Source of the DNA: a virus
Lineage: Duplodnaviria; Caudoviricetes
Length of the DNA: 26,000 nucleotides
Reading direction: 5' to 3' (one strand)
Virus record (IMG/VR): IMGVR_UViG_3300011335_000596
Location: 1-26,000 of that record
Below, piece by piece: positions 22,709-26,000 of this stretch. A program made the position numbers and the translations under genes. Within the stretch, counting starts at the first letter, position 1; the number at the start of each line of letters is the position of its first letter. The notes beneath the pieces were generated by a model. It saw nothing but the letters and a program-made list of their open reading frames with translations, did not search any database and was not told where the DNA came from.

Positions 22709-23418
22709 CCACTTCCGCTGGCGATCAGATCAACGGAGCGTTGCGCCTTATCGGTCAATTGGCCGAAGGGGAAACGCCTTCTGCGGCGACTTCCGCTGAT
22801 GCGCTGACCGCGCTGAACCAGATGCTGGATAGCTGGTCGGCTGAGCGCCTGTCCGTGTTCTCTACGCAAGACCAAGTGTTTACTTGGCCTGCCAGTACCT
22901 CAACGCGAACGCTCGGGCCTACGGGTGATTTTGTAGGCAACAGACCGGTGTTGGTTGACGATTCTACGTATTTCCGCGACCCGTCAAACAACATCAGTTT
23001 TGGCATCAAGCTAATAAACCAAGCGCAGTACAACGGTATTGCGGTAAAAACAGTCACCAGCACCTATCCGCAGGTCTTGTTTGTAAACATGACGATGCCG
23101 AACATAGAGATGACAATCTATCCGGTGCCGACTAAGGCGCTGTCATGGCACATCGTCAGCGTCACCGAGTTGGTCGAACCGGCTACGCTGGCGACCACGT
23201 TGGTGGTGCCTCCCGGCTATCTGCGCTGTTTCCGATTCAATCTGGCGGCTGAGATTGCTGCCGAGTTTGGCGTGGAGCCGCCGCCCCAAGTGCAGCGGAT
23301 CGCCATGTCCTCCAAGCGCAACATCAAGCGGATTAACAACCCCGACGATGTGATGAGCCTGCCGTACAGCATCGTGGCAACCCGCCAGCGGTTCAATATC
23401 TACAGTGGGAATTACTAA
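22705..23418 (+). CDS. Head-to-tail adaptor (P22 gp4-like)
   Basis: TA.D.I..ALR.IG.LA.GE.P......DAL..LN.ML..W and P.GY......NLA..IA.EFG motifs. Position fits. Confidence 0.8.
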   Translation: MTTSAGDQINGALRLIGQLAEGETPSAATSADALTALNQMLDSWSAERLSVFSTQDQVFTWPASTSTRTLGPTGDFVGNRPVLVDDSTYFRDPSNNISFGIKLINQAQYNGIAVKTVTSTYPQVLFVNMTMPNIEMTIYPVPTKALSWHIVSVTELVEPATLATTLVVPPGYLRCFRFNLAAEIAAEFGVEPPPQVQRIAMSSKRNIKRINNPDDVMSLPYSIVATRQRFNIYSGNY

Positions 23419-23419
23419 C

Positions 23420-23956
23420 ATGGCTAATATCGCAATTTCTGCTCTTCCCGTTGCCGCTTCGCAAGCTGGCGCTGATGTGCTGCCGATTGTTCAGGCAACG
23501 ACCAGCACGACCAAACAACTGTCGGTTACGCTTTTGTTTACCAGCCCAACGTTTGTCACGCCGACCTTGGGCGCGGCAACCGGCACCAGCCTTACTGCGA
23601 CCGGCACGATTGTATCTACCGGCACTGCGGGGGTGGGCTACGCAACGGGTGCTGGCGGGGCGGTAACACAAATAACTAGCCGCACTACGGGCGTGACGTT
23701 GAACAAAACGGCTGGCGCAATTACTTTGGTCAGCGCAGCAGGGTCAGCTACTGCTGCCACTTTTACCGTGACCAATAGCACCGTGGCGGCAACCGATGTG
23801 ATTATCCTCAATCAAAAGTCAGGAACAGACCTGTACGATCTGATGGTCACCGCAGTGTCGGCGGGTAGCTTTAACATTACGTTCCGCACAACAGGCGGCA
23901 CCACCACAGAAACCCCAGTTTTGAATTTTGCAGTCATTAAAGCAGTTGCGGCGTAA
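23420..23956 (+). CDS. T/A/G-rich structural protein (fibre/spike-like)
   Basis: N-terminal ISALP.A......D.LPIVQ...TK attachment-type motif and VTQ.TSRTTGVTLN...G.IT. Start MANIAIS. Confidence 0.7.
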   Translation: MANIAISALPVAASQAGADVLPIVQATTSTTKQLSVTLLFTSPTFVTPTLGAATGTSLTATGTIVSTGTAGVGYATGAGGAVTQITSRTTGVTLNKTAGAITLVSAAGSATAATFTVTNSTVAATDVIILNQKSGTDLYDLMVTAVSAGSFNITFRTTGGTTTETPVLNFAVIKAVAA

Positions 23957-25594
23957 TTGAAAACGCCCATTCTCGGCGGCAGTTACGTTGCCCGGTCGAT
24001 CAATGCGGCAGACAACCGCATGGTCAACCTTTTTGCCGAAGCTATCCCAGAGGGTAGCGGCGGAAAGGAAGCCGGGTTCCTGTTGCGGTGTCCTGGCTTG
24101 CGGTTACTTGCGACCGTTGGCACCGGCCCGATTCGCGGCCTGTGGGTGACCAATGGCGTGGCCTATGTAGTGTCCGGCAGCGAGTTCTACAGCCTGTCTA
24201 CAAACTACACGGCGACCCTGCTCGGCGCAGTGTCTGGTACGGGGCCGGTCAGCATGGCCGACAACGGAACGCAGATCTTCATCGCCTGTAACCCGTTAAG
24301 CTACATCTACAACGTATCCACGGCGGTGTTCGCGCAGATCACAGACCCCGACTTTGCTGGAGCGGGATCGGTCGGCTACCTCGACGGGTACTTTGTATTC
24401 AACGAACCAAACAGCCAAAAGTTTTGGGTAACCAGCCTGCTCGACGGGACTTCCGTAGATCCGCTGGACTTTGCTAGTGCGGAAGGCTACCCCGACAACG
24501 TAATTGCGCTGATCGTAGACCACCGCGAAATCTTTCTGTTTGGCACCACCAGCGTTGAGGTCTGGTATGACGCGGGAACGCCGGACTTCCCCTTGGCGCG
24601 GATTCAAGGCGCGTTCATGGAAGTCGGCTGCGAGGCCGCGTACTCTGTGGCAAAACTCGACAATAGCGTGTTCTGGCTAGGCTCTGACGCTCGGGGGCGT
24701 GGGATCGTCTACCGGGCTAACGGTTACACGCCAGCGCGGATCTCGACCAATGCGGTGGAGTACGCCATTCAAGGCTACGGCAGCATCTCCGATGCGATTG
24801 CCTACACTTACCAGCAGGACGGCCATCCGTTCTATGTGCTGATCTTCCCGTCGGCGCAGGCTACTTGGGTTTATGACGTATCCACCACGCTGTGGCATGA
24901 ACGCGCTGGGTTTGCGGGCGGACAGTTTACAAGGCACCGCAGCAATTGCCAGATGTCGTACAACAGCGAGATTGTGGTGGGTGACTACGCGGACGGGCGG
25001 ATCTACGCCTTTGATCTTGATGTCTACGCTGACGACGACCAGATCCAGAAGTGGCTGCGGTCATGGCGGGCGCTGGCTACGGGACAGAACAACCTCAAGC
25101 GTACCGCGCACCATTCTCTGCAACTAGATGCCGAAACGGGCGTGGGCCTGAATGCTTACCCCGCTTACGATGCCGAAGATCTTGCCACCGAATCTGGAAA
25201 CATCATTGTTGCCGAGTTTGTGCAAGGCTATCTGACTACGCAAGCTGGTGACCAGTTAGTTACCGAGGCCGGTGACGGTAACGAGCCGCTAGTGACCCAA
25301 GTGGAACCCGCCGAAGATTACAACGGCTATGCGTTGGAAACCGAAGCCTACACCGCAACGCCGGGTTACGATCCGCAGGTCATGCTGCGCTGGTCGGACG
25401 ATGCGGGGCATACCTGGTCAAACGAACACTGGAACTCGATGGGTAAACTCGGGGCTTATGGCACCCGCACCATCTGGCGGCGGCTCGGCATGACGGAGAA
25501 GATCCGCGACAGGGTTTATGAGGTGTCTGGAACAGATCCGGTCAAAATCGCCATCATGGGCGCTGAATTGTTCGTTACTCCAACGAGTAGCTAG
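23957..25594 (+). CDS. Packaged-DNA stabilisation / tail nozzle protein (P22 gp10-like)
   Basis: TTG start. PGL, V.MADNG, LDGYFVF, F.SAE..PD, G..S.EVW, GC.A..S, ISTNAVE, YQQDGH.FY, DPQVMLRWSDD.G.TW, WRRLG. Confidence 0.9.
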   Translation: MKTPILGGSYVARSINAADNRMVNLFAEAIPEGSGGKEAGFLLRCPGLRLLATVGTGPIRGLWVTNGVAYVVSGSEFYSLSTNYTATLLGAVSGTGPVSMADNGTQIFIACNPLSYIYNVSTAVFAQITDPDFAGAGSVGYLDGYFVFNEPNSQKFWVTSLLDGTSVDPLDFASAEGYPDNVIALIVDHREIFLFGTTSVEVWYDAGTPDFPLARIQGAFMEVGCEAAYSVAKLDNSVFWLGSDARGRGIVYRANGYTPARISTNAVEYAIQGYGSISDAIAYTYQQDGHPFYVLIFPSAQATWVYDVSTTLWHERAGFAGGQFTRHRSNCQMSYNSEIVVGDYADGRIYAFDLDVYADDDQIQKWLRSWRALATGQNNLKRTAHHSLQLDAETGVGLNAYPAYDAEDLATESGNIIVAEFVQGYLTTQAGDQLVTEAGDGNEPLVTQVEPAEDYNGYALETEAYTATPGYDPQVMLRWSDDAGHTWSNEHWNSMGKLGAYGTRTIWRRLGMTEKIRDRVYEVSGTDPVKIAIMGAELFVTPTSS

Positions 25595-26000
25595 TGGCAA
25601 ACCTTAACATCACCAACATCCCCGCGCCTCGGGTGCCGTTTATTGACGAGCGCACCGGGCTGATGGCGCGGGAGTGGTATAGGTTCTTTCTCAACCTGTT
25701 CGTCCTGACCGGCAGCGGCAACAACCCCATCACGCTTGAAGAATTGCAGCTTGGGCCACCCAACCAGCCCGACCTGACTGAGTTGTTGATCCAGATCAAC
25801 CAAAACATCGCCCCGCAGTATGAGGATCAATCGGGCGACTTCCTAGCCACGCTTGACACCGCGCAACTAATGTCAATGATGTCGCGGTTTGAGAACGCCG
25901 AAGCCGCCATCCAAGGCGCGTACCTCCAGCCGGTTGTGCAGACCGGCACCATCGCCAACTACAATCTGGACGGTAGCCCAACGGCGGGCGGCATAGCCTA
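25594..26000 (+). CDS. Tail-associated protein, 5' part (runs off the window)
   Basis: GTG overlapping the gp10-like stop. My translation MANLNITNIPAPRVPFIDERTGLMAREWYRFFLNLF... is open to the window end. Confidence 0.75.
   Translation, partial: MANLNITNIPAPRVPFIDERTGLMAREWYRFFLNLFVLTGSGNNPITLEELQLGPPNQPDLTELLIQINQNIAPQYEDQSGDFLATLDTAQLMSMMSRFENAEAAIQGAYLQPVVQTGTIANYNLDGSPTAGGIA

Noticed and set aside
1-26000. tRNA/rRNA genes or stop-codon reassignment
   Set aside because: No cloverleaf or rRNA-like segment was recognised by eye. Conserved genes end normally in TAA, TAG and TGA without internal stops.

Overview
The window is a 26-kb part of a tailed dsDNA phage genome (Caudoviricetes) with P22-like podovirus morphogenesis genes. 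No host genes, rRNA, tRNA or CRISPR array were seen. Layout from left to right: (1) 3' end of a peptidase-M15-type endolysin on +. (2) A leftward, translationally coupled early/recombination operon (~217-7279): PP-loop/PAPS-reductase-like protein, C5 cytosine methyltransferase, HNH nuclease, tyrosine recombinase, YqaJ exonuclease, ERF annealing protein and many small ORFs. (3) A divergent promoter region, then a rightward replication unit: small HTH protein, VRR-NUC-like nuclease and DUF3987-like helicase. (4) A second leftward small-gene operon (10245-12401). (5) A ~0.9-kb non-coding control region. It holds what looks like a complete sigma-54 promoter (-24/-12 box, IHF-like site, three pseudo-palindromic enhancer-like repeats) and a second, helically phased repeat array that may mark the packaging or terminus region. 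(6) TerS, TerL, three tiny basic proteins, portal, ferritin-like protein, a duplicated small gene, scaffold, an antisense HNH gene with its own promoter, major capsid protein and P22 gp4/gp10-like head-completion genes. All family assignments come from motif recognition by eye, not database searches.
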